A DNA stretch of 37,155 bases, taken from positions 1-37,155 of the forward strand of contig NW_014040219.1 of NCBI RefSeq assembly GCF_001186125.1. Direction: 5' to 3'. Positions 34,136-37,155 of the stretch are shown piece after piece. Origin of the DNA: Sphaeroforma arctica JP610 (taxonomy: Eukaryota). The position numbers and the translations under genes were made by a program. How positions within the stretch are numbered: position 1 is the first letter of the stretch; each line of letters opens with the position of its first letter. The notes beneath the pieces were generated by a model, which worked only from the letters and a program-made list of their open reading frames with translations, was not told the DNA's origin and searched no databases.

Positions 34136-36896
34136 CTTTCAACAATCTGTGTACATGGACTACACGCACGCACAGCAGAGCCGTTTTCTAAACTCAGATA
34201 CGCAGAGCAAGCCTTCGAAGAGCAGTAGATGTGCCCGCACAGCCGACAATGGTGCCTCCTCCGAAGAAGAGAGAACTCTGAACTACAGCGGGAAAAGTAT
34301 ATGATGTGTGACTCACCACGTGAGATAGAGGTCGTGGTTTTGTATTGAAACAGGCAATGATTTTTGGCGCAAGACAGCTGCCGTGAACACACAGTTGTGC
34401 GTGTTCCCGACCCGGAACTATGGCAACAACTGAGATCAACACAGTAAACAGGTGTGGGACTTCCAATGTATATGGATAGCATAGGAAGAGGCTATTGATG
34501 CTCGTGTTGCTTCTTGTGTCGTCGAATAGGGCGATCCTAAGCAGACTACGGTGCTTCGATGTAACATATGGGCTCAGTGACATGAACTGCACACAGGAAA
34601 GAGAGGGAAATACGCCAGAAAACCATCAAACGAAAGAACGTATACACCAATACCAAAGCGGTGAGTAAGCACAAAAGCCCTCAGAAGGGGCCAGGAGGCT
34701 TCAGAGCAAGCCCAAACGCGTACTACATCGCACAAGGTATACCGGATAGAGATGTGCACGGGTCTATGCCAAAGTGAATGCACCCATGTGCGGGTCGAAG
34801 CAGGTTGGGTTACGAGTGGCCCGATGTACAGATATTTGCTTTTTCTATGCGGAGTGGATAAGAGCTCATACACACGGGGGAACGAGAACATTTGGTGGTT
34901 GGCACACGCCGTCAAGTAGCCAGGCTTTCGGTCGAGCAATGGGCAGATAGTGTGATTCTGATCAGGCTGATGGCGTTGGCAACCAAGACACATTTAGCAG
35001 ACGCAAATGTGATAATTGCGAAGGGAATCGAAGCAACTGTTTACACCTAGGGCACAGACAGTAGCACTTACTACTCGTGATCGCATTCTGATCGATGAAC
35101 ACACTATATAGCAAGCACACTTACCAATGCAAAACATAGTATTTTTATTGCCGCAAATGCCTACAGAACGAATCTAAATAGCCATCTACCACATATACTA
35201 CAGCGACAACTTAAAACCTTAAACTCGTCCTGAAAAGTAAAACCCTAAACCCTATCTCGCACGCATTGTGATATGCGACGATCACATACCCGCACAGTCG
35301 ACAGACAATGGCTGATGCGTCTGGAGCCCAATCAACCAGCCCTTTCGGATCTTTGTTTTCTTGTATGCTATTTAGAACTTCAATTAACTTACTCGACTTC
35401 TCATTCAGCTTGTTGACAGCGTGCCGTCTCCGTAGTAGAAACATCGGGGTCAAGTCTCTCATCGAACCTTCAAGAACCAATAAGCGATAGTGTCACAAGA
35501 CTAGATATAATGACAGACAGAAAGCTTCAGTCTGATGTAGTAGGCTGAAGTAACTATAAGTGTTCTGCTAGCGAATGTTGGTGCTCGGAAGGCTTCGGGC
35601 CGTAACTACTTGATGTTTCGATTAAATAAAAAACACAACGGGTGAATTAAAAACATTAACCACGACAGAAGAGGTAGCTGCTCACGCTCAATTTACGACA
35701 GGGAGAATATCGCATATTTAGTTGAGAGTCGCGTCGCTTCTTGAGCGCAAAACCGAGAGCATCTAAGCTGCCAACACGAACTCACATTCAGATAGTGTGC
35801 TAAATACCGTGGCATGAGCATTGTAGGCGCTTGGGGTTCGATGCTATACAGGACCAGCTGCAAATGGGAGTAAGCCCACACCACACGAACACATACCCCA
35901 TTGAGGTTACACCTCTTCCAGGCACATACATATACAAAGCAGTACCACTGTACAGGGAACTGAACAGAAGTACCTTGGTGGTCGATGTATTTCTCGGTAG
36001 TGGCGTGGCACGACCTACATACCGGCACGAGCATGCCATAGTCGGGATCATACGACGCTTGCGCTGAAAGCTTCATGTGGTGCAGGAGATGGCTCTTGCA
36101 GTAGATCTTGCCACACCTACATGATACGCAAGCGATACATAGCAGCAACTGTGAGTGTGTGTGGTTGGGTTGTGTTCTTGGACGATACATAGCAGCAACT
36201 GTGCGTGTTTGAGGGTGTGAATTATATATTGCAAGTGCCGACAGCTTTGTAAGGTAGCTCAATTGAAGGAGCCGTAGGATATGTTTGTGTTGATGGCTTT
36301 GCTATATGGGAATAGAACAAACATACTCATACGTGCGTAGACGGATGTAAACCCTTATTGTGTCGAGTGACGATGACGAGCACTTTGCCGTTCAGCACCT
36401 CTCAAAACAATAAATACTAAACGTGAACGTAACACACAGCCAATGACGACACATGCAGAAGACGTGCGCATAGTCATGCGATCTGTTCAAAGCGCGCGAG
36501 CCTGTACTACCAAATTAGTACTTGTAACACAAGTCAATACTGCACCGGAGACAGAACTATGCCATGTTCAGCTAAACGTATGTGGTCATGTTCACACATC
36601 CAACAATGGACTTTGGAGCTCCAATACACATTACACATTGATGAAACTTCTCACATAGCAATCGACACCAGCCAAGCACCAGAAATGCATTCGATACAAC
36701 AAACGACCGCACACCCAACAAGCATGCACACAGAACCAAGAAGGTGTAATTGAGAACACCAGAATAACAAAGGCAACGGGCACGTGCATACATACCTCCT
36801 GCAGTGATGCCGACGGCCTAATATCCCAAACGTTCTAGTGCAGTTTTTCTCGTGACAGATATCGTCAGGCATGTCCGCTTGCCAGTGCACTCTGGT
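34136..36896 (-). CDS. RBSN: Double-FYVE endosomal effector, Vac1/Pep7/rabenosyn-5-like (internal exons only)
   Basis: Phase-consistent exons 36896-36796, 36116-35974, 35467-35290 and 34282-34136. The product reads TRVHWQAD..C..RRHHCRRCGKIYC..MKLSAQASYDPDYG..VCRSC..GSMRDLTPMF..WAPDASAIVCRLCGSEFSLLRRRHHCRLCGHIYC..RACSPC. First and last exons were not found. Confidence 0.85.
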
Positions 36897-37155
36897 CTGA
36901 AAACAGAACGTTTATAATCTATGAGAAAACATAACATATAATAATCTATGAGAAAAACCATAACATATATAATCTTTGAGAATATGACAACAATAATTTA
37001 TCACCAGGAATAAAAACATACGACCGTGATAAAATGTACTACGTGATTTTGGCGTAGGATAAATGTTTGTCACTAAATAAAACTTGTTTGCTTTGAATGT
37101 TGACCAAGAAGAATCCCGGCTGCTTTGTACTTGGCCAATGTGCCAATGTCAACGA

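Overview
This is intron-rich eukaryotic nuclear DNA. The metazoan-like clathrin light chain C-terminus together with fungal-like MTP18 and Vac1 features suggests an opisthokont, probably a unicellular holozoan (inference). There are three spliced host genes: clathrin light chain (+, 929-3467), an MTFP1/MTP18 homologue with a large basic amphipathic insertion (+, 5061-10304) and a double-FYVE Vac1/Pep7/rabenosyn-like gene (-, 34136-36896, partial). Two identical tRNA-Pro(AGG) genes (11158-11229 -, 30885-30956 +) point away from each other, and both encode an A1:C72 acceptor mismatch. Between them lies about 19.6 kb of decayed transposons: a Ngaro-type tyrosine-recombinase retrotransposon with split direct repeats, a Ty3/Gypsy element with a candidate self-priming PBS and a solo LTR nested in its integrase, and a possible hAT remnant. 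A clearer hAT remnant lies just beyond the second tRNA. The best leads are possible 5' editing of a nuclear tRNA, tRNA-independent self-priming of the Gypsy element, and the 10-residue repeat insertion plus tandem in-frame splice donors in MTFP1.
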